Shown one piece after another: positions 9,669 through 19,305 of a stretch of 64,000 nt of DNA; the first letter of the stretch is position 1; each line of letters begins with the position of its first letter. The stretch is from an uncultured Bacilli bacterium (GTDB taxonomy: Bacteria; Bacillota_I; Bacilli_A; RF39; UBA660): assembly GCA_950097225.1 (NCBI GenBank), contig CATNCE010000004.1, forward strand, positions 2,493 through 66,492, given 5' to 3'. The notes below the pieces were generated by a model. It made no database searches and was not told the DNA's origin. It worked only from the letters and a program-made list of their open reading frames with translations. The translations under genes and the position numbers were made by a program.

Positions 9669-12600
9669 TTTAACAAAGGAGCAGCAATTAGCAGTCGACA
9701 AAGATAAGACAAATATTATCGTCTCAGCTGGAGCAGGTTCGGGAAAAACAACAGTATTAAAAACAAGAGTTGCACGAATCTTGCAAAGCGGTGTAGGCAT
9801 AAATAATTTAATTATATTAACATTTACTAATAATGCCGCAGCAGAAATGAAAGAGCGCATTCGCAAGATAATAAATGAAGATAAGACGATTAGCGATCAA
9901 GCGTTGTTACTTGATTCTGCTTATATTACAACATTTGATTCTTTTGCACAGAGTTTAGTAAAAAAGTATAATTATTTATTGGGAATAAGTAAAGATTTTA
10001 CGATTGTCGATAGTTCAATTATTAACTTGGAAATTGAAAGATGCATTGACGAAATATTTGAAAATCTTTACTACAAAAGAGATGAGAATTTCATTAAATT
10101 AGTTAGTGATATTGAAGTAAAAAACGATAAACAGATTCGAGAAATGATTGGCACTTATTATAAGCAGTTAATGAATCTAATTGATAGAAAGCGTTATTTA
10201 GAAGACTATATAGAGACATATTTTAGTGATGATTTTGTAAATAAAATGATAGATAAATTAGAGAATATCTTGTTTGATTTACGCGATAAAATTCTTACCC
10301 TTCTGGAAGATTTAGAAAGTGAGACTTTAAATGAGGGAGCACGAGATAAAAATCAGGTCCTTTATGCTAATTTGAGTTCAGCTAGCTCTTTAGATGATTT
10401 ATACTATCTGGATAATTTAGCACTTGCTAGAGCTTATAAAGGGTATTACACGGATGAAGCTACTATAATTCGCGGACAGATAAAAAGTCTATTAGATGAA
10501 TTGAAAAAATACTTAGTTGATGATAAAGAAAAAGTAATTGAGCATTATTTAAGTACACGACCATATATAGAAGCCATTATAAAAATCCTTCTAGAGTTAG
10601 ATAGAGAGATAAATGATTTTAAGAAGAGTCATAACGTCTATGAGTTTTCCGATATTGCCCTTAAGGCAATTGAGCTTGTAAAAAATAATGCAGATGTACG
10701 CAATGAAATAAAGGAAAAAACTTATGAAATAATGATTGATGAATATCAGGATACTAATGATATTCAAGAAGAATTCATCTCGTATATAGCTAATAATAAT
10801 GTCTATATGGTTGGCGATGTTAAACAATCAATTTATAGATTTAGAAATGCTAATCCTCATATATTTAAGAAAAAATATGATGATTATTCAAAAGATAAGA
10901 ATGGTTTTAAAATTGATTTGAATATGAATTTTCGTTCACGAAATGAAGTAATAAATAATATTAATCTAATATTCGATTTGATCATGTATGATGATGTTGG
11001 AGGAGCTGATTATAAAAATCAACACGAGATGATTTTCGGTAATAAGAATTATTTAAATTTCCAGAATCACGATTATGACATGGAAATTATTAGTTATGAC
11101 AATAGTGAAAAAAAATATAACGATAAGGAAATCGAAGCTTTCTTAATAGCCGATGATATTAATAGAAGACTTGCTAATAAAGAGACTATTACAGATTTTC
11201 AAAATGGTGCTATGATAGCAAGAGCTCTTGAGTATCGGGATTTTTCAGTATTGGTAGATAAGTCTACGAATTTCGAATTAATTAAGAAGATTTTAGAATA
11301 TCGAGGTATTCCAACTACTATATATAAAGATATATCTATAAAAGATGAAGATGAAGTATATATTTTGAAGAATTTGATAACACTTATTATCGGAGTAAAA
11401 AAAGAGAGATTAGATAATGAGTTTAAACATGCATTTTTGTCTATTGCCAGAAGTTATGTTTGTCAGATGAGAGATAATGATGTTTATAATATTTTTGTAA
11501 ATGATGGATTTAGAGAGTGTGAATTATATAAAAAAGTACTTGAGCTAAGTGTGGCCGTGGATAATCATTCTAATAAGGAAATATTGGCGTTAATAATTGA
11601 TAAAATGGAAATAGTTGAAAAATTGGTGATAGTTGGAGATGTGGAAGAGAGATTAACGAAGTTAGAGTATTTTGTTAAAAATGCAGAGTCTTTAAATAAT
11701 TTTGGTTATTCAATATATCAGTTGCGCGATTATTTTGATGAAATTCTTAAAAGTGATGAGGATATTAAAATGACTACTAACAAGGACTCTAGATCTAATA
11801 CGGTTAAGATTATGACTATTCATGCGTCTAAGGGACTTGAGTATCCAATAGTTTATTTGCCTTATTTAAAAAATAATTTTATTAAGGATCCGAAAGTCAC
11901 TAGATTTAAGTTTTCCCCTACTTTGGGTTTTGTTGTACCATTTTATGATAATGGTATTGGGAAGACTTTAGCCTATGATCTCTATAATAATGAAGAGAAT
12001 ATCCAGAAATTATCAGAACGCATAAGATTATTTTATGTAGCTCTTACACGAGCAAAAGAAAAAATAATTATGATAAATGAATTTAATGAGGATATTTCTC
12101 CAAGTGCTAATATAAATACTCATGATCTTGTATCTTTAACTAATTTTAGGGACATTCTAAGCGTAATCAAGTATAAGATTAGCAAATATATTAAACAGGT
12201 GAATTTGAATGATATAAGCATCGATAATGGCTATAATTTGATTAAGGATAGTAATTATAAGGAACGAATTAGAAAGTCAGATGCGGTAATAGATGTAAGA
12301 CCATTAACACATGAATATAAAATATTGGATAATAAACACTTCTCCAAGTCTTTAACGAAAATTATTGATAAGGATTTAAAGACTAAGTTGGACTTTGGAA
12401 CTTATATGCATTATGTGTTTGAGGTGTATGATTTTAATAATGATAATTTAGAGGAGTTAAATATTAATGATAAAGCAAAAAATCATGTTAAAAACTTTTT
12501 AAAGCATCCAGAGGTGTTAAATATCAAGACAGCTAATTGTTTTAAAGAGTATGAGATTCGCTTTATTAAAGATGGTGCAATTTATCATGGGTTTATTGAT

Positions 12601-12780
12601 TTGTTGTTAGAGTTTAGGGACCATTATGTTATTATTGATTATAAGTTATCAGATATTGATAAGAGTGAGTATAAACTACAATTAAAAGGATATAAGGAAT
12701 ATATCGAAACTAAGTTTAAGAAGCCTTGTCAAATATTTTTGTATTCAATTAATAAAGATATATTTAAGGAAATTGTTTAA
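9655..12780 (+). CDS. addA: AddA/RexA ATP-dependent helicase-nuclease subunit A
   Basis: UvrD-type motifs (SAGAGSGKT, MIDEYQDTN, VGDVKQSIYRFR, IHASKGLEYP, LFYVALTRAKE) plus a C-terminal nuclease (IIDYKLSD). The start overlaps the addB stop. Confidence 0.9.
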   Translation: MRLSNLTKEQQLAVDKDKTNIIVSAGAGSGKTTVLKTRVARILQSGVGINNLIILTFTNNAAAEMKERIRKIINEDKTISDQALLLDSAYITTFDSFAQSLVKKYNYLLGISKDFTIVDSSIINLEIERCIDEIFENLYYKRDENFIKLVSDIEVKNDKQIREMIGTYYKQLMNLIDRKRYLEDYIETYFSDDFVNKMIDKLENILFDLRDKILTLLEDLESETLNEGARDKNQVLYANLSSASSLDDLYYLDNLALARAYKGYYTDEATIIRGQIKSLLDELKKYLVDDKEKVIEHYLSTRPYIEAIIKILLELDREINDFKKSHNVYEFSDIALKAIELVKNNADVRNEIKEKTYEIMIDEYQDTNDIQEEFISYIANNNVYMVGDVKQSIYRFRNANPHIFKKKYDDYSKDKNGFKIDLNMNFRSRNEVINNINLIFDLIMYDDVGGADYKNQHEMIFGNKNYLNFQNHDYDMEIISYDNSEKKYNDKEIEAFLIADDINRRLANKETITDFQNGAMIARALEYRDFSVLVDKSTNFELIKKILEYRGIPTTIYKDISIKDEDEVYILKNLITLIIGVKKERLDNEFKHAFLSIARSYVCQMRDNDVYNIFVNDGFRECELYKKVLELSVAVDNHSNKEILALIIDKMEIVEKLVIVGDVEERLTKLEYFVKNAESLNNFGYSIYQLRDYFDEILKSDEDIKMTTNKDSRSNTVKIMTIHASKGLEYPIVYLPYLKNNFIKDPKVTRFKFSPTLGFVVPFYDNGIGKTLAYDLYNNEENIQKLSERIRLFYVALTRAKEKIIMINEFNEDISPSANINTHDLVSLTNFRDILSVIKYKISKYIKQVNLNDISIDNGYNLIKDSNYKERIRKSDAVIDVRPLTHEYKILDNKHFSKSLTKIIDKDLKTKLDFGTYMHYVFEVYDFNNDNLEELNINDKAKNHVKNFLKHPEVLNIKTANCFKEYEIRFIKDGAIYHGFIDLLLEFRDHYVIIDYKLSDIDKSEYKLQLKGYKEYIETKFKKPCQIFLYSINKDIFKEIV

Positions 12781-12804
12781 AGGGAAAGTAAATTCCCTTT
12801 TTTT
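12781..12804 (+). terminator. intrinsic terminator after addA
   Basis: AGGGAA-agtaaa-TTCCCT followed by TTTTTT. Confidence 0.7.
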
Positions 12805-12834
12805 CGTTAATAAATATAGTGTAAGGAGAGGAAA

Positions 12835-14208
12835 ATGGAAGGATTAAAAATTCAGGGCTATTATTTAGATGAAACACAGATGCAGGCGATTATAAGTGAT
12901 TGTGACTCTACCTTGGTTGTGGCAGGAGCTGGGTCAGGTAAAACACTTACGATACTCGGAAAAATTAAATATCTTATTGATAATAAGCTAGCAGACAGTG
13001 ATGAAATTCTTTGCATATCTTTTACTAATGAGACTGTTAATAGCCTAAAGATGAAAACGGAAGAAATGGGTTATTGTTTAGATATATTTACATTTCATAA
13101 ATTGGGATTAACTATTCTTGGAGATGTTAGTATTATAGATGATGCATACTTAGAATTTATAGTTGATGAATACATTTTCTCATATATCCGTTATGAAAAG
13201 AAACAATTTTTAGATTCGATATTTTTCTCTAATCAGAATTTTGAGGTTTTAATTAAAAGCCATGAATATGTAAAATTAAAGAATACTATTGTGACATTTA
13301 TTAGACTAGCCAAAAGCAACAATATGTCATTGCAAACGATTTATAAAATATACAGATGGAGTTTCTTTAATGAGAAAAAGATTTTAAAAATGATTTTAGA
13401 TATTATGCTGATATACATGCGCGAGTGTGAGAGTGTGCAAAAAATTGATTTTGATGACATGATTATCAAAGCAACAGATTTGGTAAAAAAGAAGCCTGTT
13501 AAGTACAAATATATAATAATAGATGAATTTCAAGATACTTCATTAGTTAGATATAATTTGATTAAAGAAATCATTAAAATAAATAAGGCAAAAGTTTTTG
13601 TTGTGGGAGATGATTGGCAAAGTATATATCGATTCTCAGGATGTAATTTGGATATATTTGTCAATTTCAACGAGTATTTTAAGGATGTCTCCATTCATAA
13701 TTTGCGGTACACTTATCGTAATAGCAATGAATTAATTAGGATTAGTTCTAGTTTTATTATGAAGAATAAGAAACAGTTGAGAAAGGATATTGTATCGAAT
13801 AAAAATCTTACTAAACCAATAAAGATATTATTTAATTATACAATTGAGGAAGTACTTGCAATTATTGATAGTGAGGATATTTTAGTAATAGGCCGCAATA
13901 ATGCGGATATAAAAAGTGTTAAATGGCATAAGAAACTTACAATTCATAGATCAAAAGGATTAGAAGCTGATAATGTAATATTGGTTAATTCTGATAATAT
14001 TCCAGCACAGATAAAAAATGAGAGAATTTTGCGGCATGTTATTAATGATAAAGACTATATTCCCTTCGAAGAAGAAAGACGCCTATTTTATGTAGCTCTC
14101 ACTAGAACAAAGAACTATATATATATTTTAGTAAATAAAAAAACTAGCCCTTTTGTTAAAGAGCTAATTCATGATTATAGAAATTCTATTGAAATAATTA
14201 AAAAGTAA
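12835..14208 (+). CDS. small UvrD/Rep/helicase IV-like superfamily-1 DNA helicase
   Basis: VAGAGSGKT, IIIDEFQDTS, VGDDWQSIYRFSG, HRSKGLEADNVIL, RLFYVALTRTKN. Confidence 0.8.
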   Translation: MEGLKIQGYYLDETQMQAIISDCDSTLVVAGAGSGKTLTILGKIKYLIDNKLADSDEILCISFTNETVNSLKMKTEEMGYCLDIFTFHKLGLTILGDVSIIDDAYLEFIVDEYIFSYIRYEKKQFLDSIFFSNQNFEVLIKSHEYVKLKNTIVTFIRLAKSNNMSLQTIYKIYRWSFFNEKKILKMILDIMLIYMRECESVQKIDFDDMIIKATDLVKKKPVKYKYIIIDEFQDTSLVRYNLIKEIIKINKAKVFVVGDDWQSIYRFSGCNLDIFVNFNEYFKDVSIHNLRYTYRNSNELIRISSSFIMKNKKQLRKDIVSNKNLTKPIKILFNYTIEEVLAIIDSEDILVIGRNNADIKSVKWHKKLTIHRSKGLEADNVILVNSDNIPAQIKNERILRHVINDKDYIPFEEERRLFYVALTRTKNYIYILVNKKTSPFVKELIHDYRNSIEIIKK

Positions 14209-14210
14209 TT

Positions 14211-14750
14211 CTAATAATTTTCTGCTTTTATTTCAAAATATGCTTGTGGATGTGCACAAACTGGGCATACTTCTGGTGCTTGTGAACCAATAACGATATG
14301 TCCACAGTTACGACATTTCCAAATGCGATCGCCATCTTTTGAGAATACTAAACCATTTTCAAGATTCTCAATAAGTTTACGATATCTTTCTTCATGTTCT
14401 TTTTCGATTGCTGCTACACTCTCAAACAAGAAAGCGATTCTTTCAAATCCCTCTTCACGAGCTGTGCGAGCAAATTCATCATACATGTCAGTCCATTCAT
14501 AGTTTTCACCATTAGCAGCATCTTTTAAATTATCTAAAGTTGCTGGAACTTTTCCTCCATGTAATTCTTTATACCACATTTTAGCATGTTCTTTTTCGTT
14601 CTCAGCAGTTTCTAAGAAGATTGCTGCTATTTGTTCATAGCCATCCTTTTTTGCTTGAGATGCGAAATATGTGTATTTATTTCGTGCTTGTGATTCGCCA
14701 GCAAATGCTGTCATTAAATTTTGTTCTGTTTTACTTCCTTTTAATTCCAT
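14211..14750 (-). CDS. rbr: rubrerythrin
   Basis: N-terminal ferritin-like diiron domain ([31 protein letters not shown]) and C-terminal rubredoxin CxxC...CxxC (CRNCGH...CPVCAH). Confidence 0.92.
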   Translation of the reverse strand: MELKGSKTEQNLMTAFAGESQARNKYTYFASQAKKDGYEQIAAIFLETAENEKEHAKMWYKELHGGKVPATLDNLKDAANGENYEWTDMYDEFARTAREEGFERIAFLFESVAAIEKEHEERYRKLIENLENGLVFSKDGDRIWKCRNCGHIVIGSQAPEVCPVCAHPQAYFEIKAENY

Positions 14751-14765
14751 AATTACACCTTTCTT

Positions 14766-14781
14766 AGTAATATTTATTACT
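14766..14781. promoter_or_regulatory. 7-2-7 palindrome at the rbr promoter/TSS, candidate Fur-family (PerR-like) operator
   Basis: AGTAATA-tt-TATTACT lies 16-31 nt upstream of the rbr ATG and starts 6 nt downstream of a minus-strand TATAAT (14788-14793). Confidence 0.4.
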
Positions 14782-14867
14782 TATTTAATTATATCATATA
14801 TTAATTAAATAAGGAAAAAAAAGTAATTTTAAAGAGAGGCGTTTATATGTATATTAGGAGGAAAGAC

Positions 14868-15143
14868 ATGAATAGTTGGAAAAAGTTAAATGATTCTCTT
14901 CTTTATTATATGGAGTATAATATATTACCAAATATGCTTGCTTATGGACTAGCCTACTCTTTTTTTAATAAATTAAGCCTGGATTGCTCGTTTAGCCAAT
15001 ACTTCAATAGCGTTTTAAGTATGTTTAATATTATTGATATAGAGATGAAAAAACAATTTAAGTTAGTTGATAAAATATTAACTAGTAAATATGGAGTCTT
15101 AATTATTAATATTGATCCTATTGAAATTATTAAGATAAGGTGA
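14868..15143 (+). CDS. hypothetical small protein
   Basis: ATG at 14868 follows AGGAGG. No recognisable motif. Confidence 0.4.
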   Translation: MNSWKKLNDSLLYYMEYNILPNMLAYGLAYSFFNKLSLDCSFSQYFNSVLSMFNIIDIEMKKQFKLVDKILTSKYGVLIINIDPIEIIKIR

Positions 15144-15192
15144 AGCTGTATAATTATTTACATCTAACTAATACTATTAATGGTGAAATATT

Positions 15193-15939
15193 ATGGCAAA
15201 TACACATAGTAGTATTAATTTTGGATTAGTCAATATTCCAATTTTAATGAATCCAGTTATCCGCAATAACGATACATCATTTAATCAGTTGCATAAAAAA
15301 TGTGAAAGTAGAATTAATTATATCAAGTATTGTCCAAATTGTAATAAAAAAATTAAAGACGATGAGATCATAAAGGGTTATCAATATGAAAAAGATAAAT
15401 ATGTCTTTTTTGAAAAGGAAGAATTAGATAAACTTAAACCAGAAAACGAAAAAGAGATTGAAATTATTGCCTTTGTTCCTTTAAAAGACATTGACCCAAT
15501 TTATTTTGAAAAAAGTTATGATATCGATGCTGAAGGAAAAGGTAAAGCTTATTATTTATTTTGTGAGGCATTAAAGAGAAGTAAATTGGTGGCATTAGCA
15601 AAGACAGTTATTGGCAGCAAATTTTATTATTGTATTTTAAGATTTAATAATCAAAATATTATTATGACTACTCTGTATTTTGAAGAGGAAGTAAATATAA
15701 ATAAAGATGATAGTCCGATTAAAATCAATGATAAGGAATTAGAATTAGCAATTAAGTTAATTACCTCTCTACAAGGCAAATTTGAGCCTGATAAATATAG
15801 GGATGATTATCAAGATAATATTAGGAAAGCAATTGATGATAAAATTAATGGCAAAAGCATTAAAGGTAAAAAGAAGAAAAGCCGAAAACAAATTAGTGAC
15901 TTGATGGAAGCCTTAGAAAAGAGCTTAAAAGAGCGATGA
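15193..15939 (+). CDS. ku: Ku DNA end-binding protein (NHEJ)
   Basis: INFGLVNIPI N-terminus, Ku core and a basic C-terminal tail (KGKKKKSRKQ). The stop overlaps the ligase start (ATGA). Confidence 0.88.
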   Translation: MANTHSSINFGLVNIPILMNPVIRNNDTSFNQLHKKCESRINYIKYCPNCNKKIKDDEIIKGYQYEKDKYVFFEKEELDKLKPENEKEIEIIAFVPLKDIDPIYFEKSYDIDAEGKGKAYYLFCEALKRSKLVALAKTVIGSKFYYCILRFNNQNIIMTTLYFEEEVNINKDDSPIKINDKELELAIKLITSLQGKFEPDKYRDDYQDNIRKAIDDKINGKSIKGKKKKSRKQISDLMEALEKSLKER

Positions 15940-16823
15940 ATATTTGGAAAAATAGAGATTGGCACCCAATGCTATTAAATAAACTAGATAAACCTTTTGA
16001 TTCGGATGAATATTTATATGAATTAAAGTTTGATGGTATCCGAGCTATTATTTTTGTCTCACCACAAGAAGTGATGATTAAGAGTCGCAACAATGTAGAT
16101 TTAACGAGGCTATTTCCAGAATTAAGTTCTTTAAAAGAATTAGTAAAAAATGATGTAATCTTTGATGGCGAGCTTATTATTTTCAATGATGGAAAACCTG
16201 TTTTTTCTAAAATACAAAAACGAGTGAGATTAAAGAGCAAGAAATCGATTGAATATTATAGCATAAGTGAACCTGCGGTTTTTATGGCTTTTGATATACT
16301 TTATGATAAAAAAGATTTGACTACTACTCCCCTATTTGAAAGAAAGAAGATCTTGAATAAAATTAGGGATAGTGATGTATTTATGAAAGTTAAAATAGTC
16401 GATAAAAAAGGATGTAAATTCTTTGACGCAATAAGAAAAGCTAACCTAGAGGGAATGGTAGCAAAGAATAAATTGGGCTTATATCATATAAATAAAAGGA
16501 CTTCTGATTTTATTAAAATAAAAAACAATATGCGGGAGCAATTTATAATCGGTGGATATAAAGAGAATAAGAATAATACGATGTCAGTTGCTTTGTTAGA
16601 AAGAAAATTAAATAAGTTCTCTTTAGTGGGATTTGTAAGTGTTAGCAAGAATAGTAAATTATTTACAAGGCTTTTGAATATGGGGAATACAAAACCATTT
16701 TTTGAGTGTGATAAGGATATTACTTTTATTAAACCCTTTGTGCAATGCCAAGTATCCTATTTAGAAAAAACGAGCAAGGGATTATTAAGACATGCTAAGC
16801 TTGTGGAAGGTGATGATTTATGA
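15936..16823 (+). CDS. ATP-dependent DNA ligase (stand-alone LigD ligase domain)
   Basis: Nucleotidyltransferase motifs KFDGIR (I), FDGELI (III), EGMVAK (IV), IKIK (V). Confidence 0.88.
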   Translation: MNIWKNRDWHPMLLNKLDKPFDSDEYLYELKFDGIRAIIFVSPQEVMIKSRNNVDLTRLFPELSSLKELVKNDVIFDGELIIFNDGKPVFSKIQKRVRLKSKKSIEYYSISEPAVFMAFDILYDKKDLTTTPLFERKKILNKIRDSDVFMKVKIVDKKGCKFFDAIRKANLEGMVAKNKLGLYHINKRTSDFIKIKNNMREQFIIGGYKENKNNTMSVALLERKLNKFSLVGFVSVSKNSKLFTRLLNMGNTKPFFECDKDITFIKPFVQCQVSYLEKTSKGLLRHAKLVEGDDL

Positions 16824-18202
16824 AATTAGATGAATATAATAAAAAGAGGAATTTTAAAGTTACTAAGGAACCAAAAGGAGCTGTTCTAAAAAGAAAACGT
16901 AAAAACCTAAAGTTTGTGGTACAACATCATCTAGCTTCTAGAGATCATTTTGATGTACGTTTAGAATATAATGGTGTCTATGTAAGTTTTGCTGTTCCAA
17001 AGGGCCCTTCTTTTAATCCAAAAGATAAAAGATTAGCAGTTAAAGTGGAGGATCATCCCCTTTCATATGGCAACTTTGAAGGCGTTATTCCTAAACAGCA
17101 ATATGGTGCGGGAGTTGTTCAACTTTGGGATAAAGGTTATTGGCATCCAGACAAGAGTGAAAAAGTAGATTTCAATAAAGGCCCAATAAAATTCACTTTT
17201 GTTGGAAAAAGATTAATGGGCAAATGGACTCTTGTAAAGTTTAAAGAGGATAATTGGTTATTAATAAAAGAAAAAGATGAGTATGTAAACCTTGCCGATA
17301 TAAAAAAATATACAACAAGTATTACAACTGGTAGAACGATAAAAGAAATCGAAGCAGGCCTCAGTGATGATGATATCCTTATTACTAATCCAAATAAAGT
17401 TATATTTAAGAAATCTATGACGACAAAGAAACAAATTGCGGATTATTATAAATTAGTTGCAAAAAGAATGATGCCCTTTTTAGATAAAAGACTTATAAGC
17501 ACAGTGCGCTCGCCTGAGGGCGGTATACGCAATATATTTTTTATGAAACATTTTAATCAGAAAGTTAATAAAGGTCTTAATAAAAAATTAATAACTAGTA
17601 AGAATGGTGAAAAAACAGACTATTATTATATCAAGAACACTTCTGGATTGGTTGGAGAAGTGCAAATGAATAGTTTTGAATTTCATATTTGGGGATCAAA
17701 AGAAAATAAGATTAAAAAACCAGATATTCTGGTGTTTGATTTAGATCCAGATGAAGGTTTATCTTTAAAGAAAGTGCGTGAGGGAGTTTTAGATTTAAAA
17801 GAAATATTAGATGAATTAGAAGTTCCTGCGTACTTAAAAACTAGCGGAGGTAAAGGATACCATATATACGTTCCTTTACAATTTACATCATGGAAGAAAT
17901 GTGCTGATTTAGCTAAAAATGTTGCTCAAGTTTTAGTAGAAAAATATCCAGATAAGTACACCCTTAGTATGCGAAAAAAGGAGAGAAAAGGAAAAATATT
18001 TATCGATTATTTCCGCAATAAATTGGGAGCCACTAGTGTCTGTCCCTATTCTCTTAGGTTAAAAAATAATCCTACTGTATCTTGTCCAATATTTTGGGAT
18101 GAGTTACAGAAAATCAAACCTGATAGTATTACCATTAATAATATAAAAAACAGATTAAAAAAAGAAGATCCCTGGGAATCTTTCTTTGCTAATTATAATT
18201 AG
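16820..18202 (+). CDS. LigD 3'-phosphoesterase domain fused to LigD polymerase/primase domain
   Basis: N-terminal PE motif FVVQHHLASRDHFDVRLE. C-terminal AEP primase-polymerase motifs (VFDLDPDE, TSGGKGYHIYVPL). The start overlaps the ligase stop (ATGA). Confidence 0.85.
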   Translation: MKLDEYNKKRNFKVTKEPKGAVLKRKRKNLKFVVQHHLASRDHFDVRLEYNGVYVSFAVPKGPSFNPKDKRLAVKVEDHPLSYGNFEGVIPKQQYGAGVVQLWDKGYWHPDKSEKVDFNKGPIKFTFVGKRLMGKWTLVKFKEDNWLLIKEKDEYVNLADIKKYTTSITTGRTIKEIEAGLSDDDILITNPNKVIFKKSMTTKKQIADYYKLVAKRMMPFLDKRLISTVRSPEGGIRNIFFMKHFNQKVNKGLNKKLITSKNGEKTDYYYIKNTSGLVGEVQMNSFEFHIWGSKENKIKKPDILVFDLDPDEGLSLKKVREGVLDLKEILDELEVPAYLKTSGGKGYHIYVPLQFTSWKKCADLAKNVAQVLVEKYPDKYTLSMRKKERKGKIFIDYFRNKLGATSVCPYSLRLKNNPTVSCPIFWDELQKIKPDSITINNIKNRLKKEDPWESFFANYN

Positions 18203-18207
18203 TTATT

Positions 18208-19296
18208 CTACTTTAGCGATGAACTATTGTTTATTAAAGAAGTGTTGTACAAAAATAAAATATCTTTGGTATTAAAATCAATATAATCTGCTAATATCTT
18301 TGGTGATATATAACGAGTGTCAACAATAGTTATGGAACTATATCCTTCAATCAATAACGGAATTAAACTACTACCAAAGGAATCACGGAAGACAACTAGT
18401 TCTCTTTCCGTCTTGTTGTTAGGATTGTCAATTTTTAATAGGGAAACAGATCCTGATAAATAGACGTTGTATTTATCGATGCCATCTATAGCGCTATAAT
18501 CGTATACTGGTCCTTCCTCTTTTGTCTCATAATTGTAGACTACAGCAGAATCGATTATATCATTGGTTAAAATATGAATTTTATCAATTAGTTTATTATC
18601 AGGATAACGTCCATTATAAACACCTTTAAAATCAGCTATAATGCGGTCGTCGTAAGTTGATGATATACGCGTGTTCATTGATGAAGCAATATGCGATGCC
18701 ACATCTATAAGGTGTTCTTGGCGCCAATGAGAATCGGTTAAATAGTACTTCTCGAGATTTAAGGATTTTGTTATATCAATGTATGTAGCCCATGGTATAT
18801 CTTCTTTCATATATTGTTGTAATAAATCATAATCTAATCGTAAATTTTTATCATTAACAAAATAATTTTTATCGGGAATAATAGAATAATATATTTTGTT
18901 ATTATCAGTTAGATAATTATCATGAACATAGTTCATTTTCTTAGTTAGATTATGAATTGATTTTTCATTTAAAGGGTAGATTTGTTCAACTAATGAATTA
19001 TCGTGAATATATATGTTATTGAAATTTGTTTTATGAAATAGTTTCATTTCCATCTTATTTTTTAATTGACGATAGCTCTCACGATGAGCAAATTGATCCA
19101 TTGTATAGTTCTCAAATTTCTCAAAAAAGCTGCCGTCTAGAGTTGATTTAATCGTTAGCTCAGGAAATTGTTCTAGTTTACGTCGCTCAGAAAGTGATAT
19201 GTCCAAATCACTTTTTATAAGGTTGTATATAAACGTTGCTATTATGATTAAAAAGAAAGAGCTAATCACTATTATATTTTTTAATTTATCATTCAT
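18208..19296 (-). CDS. DHHW-motif protein, extracytoplasmic partner of the MBOAT acyltransferase
   Basis: N-terminal TM anchor and LTDSHWRQE motif. Lies 9 nt downstream of the MBOAT gene. Confidence 0.6.
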   Translation of the reverse strand: MNDKLKNIIVISSFFLIIIATFIYNLIKSDLDISLSERRKLEQFPELTIKSTLDGSFFEKFENYTMDQFAHRESYRQLKNKMEMKLFHKTNFNNIYIHDNSLVEQIYPLNEKSIHNLTKKMNYVHDNYLTDNNKIYYSIIPDKNYFVNDKNLRLDYDLLQQYMKEDIPWATYIDITKSLNLEKYYLTDSHWRQEHLIDVASHIASSMNTRISSTYDDRIIADFKGVYNGRYPDNKLIDKIHILTNDIIDSAVVYNYETKEEGPVYDYSAIDGIDKYNVYLSGSVSLLKIDNPNNKTERELVVFRDSFGSSLIPLLIEGYSSITIVDTRYISPKILADYIDFNTKDILFLYNTSLINNSSSLK

Positions 19297-19305
19297 GTTG
19301 GCCTC

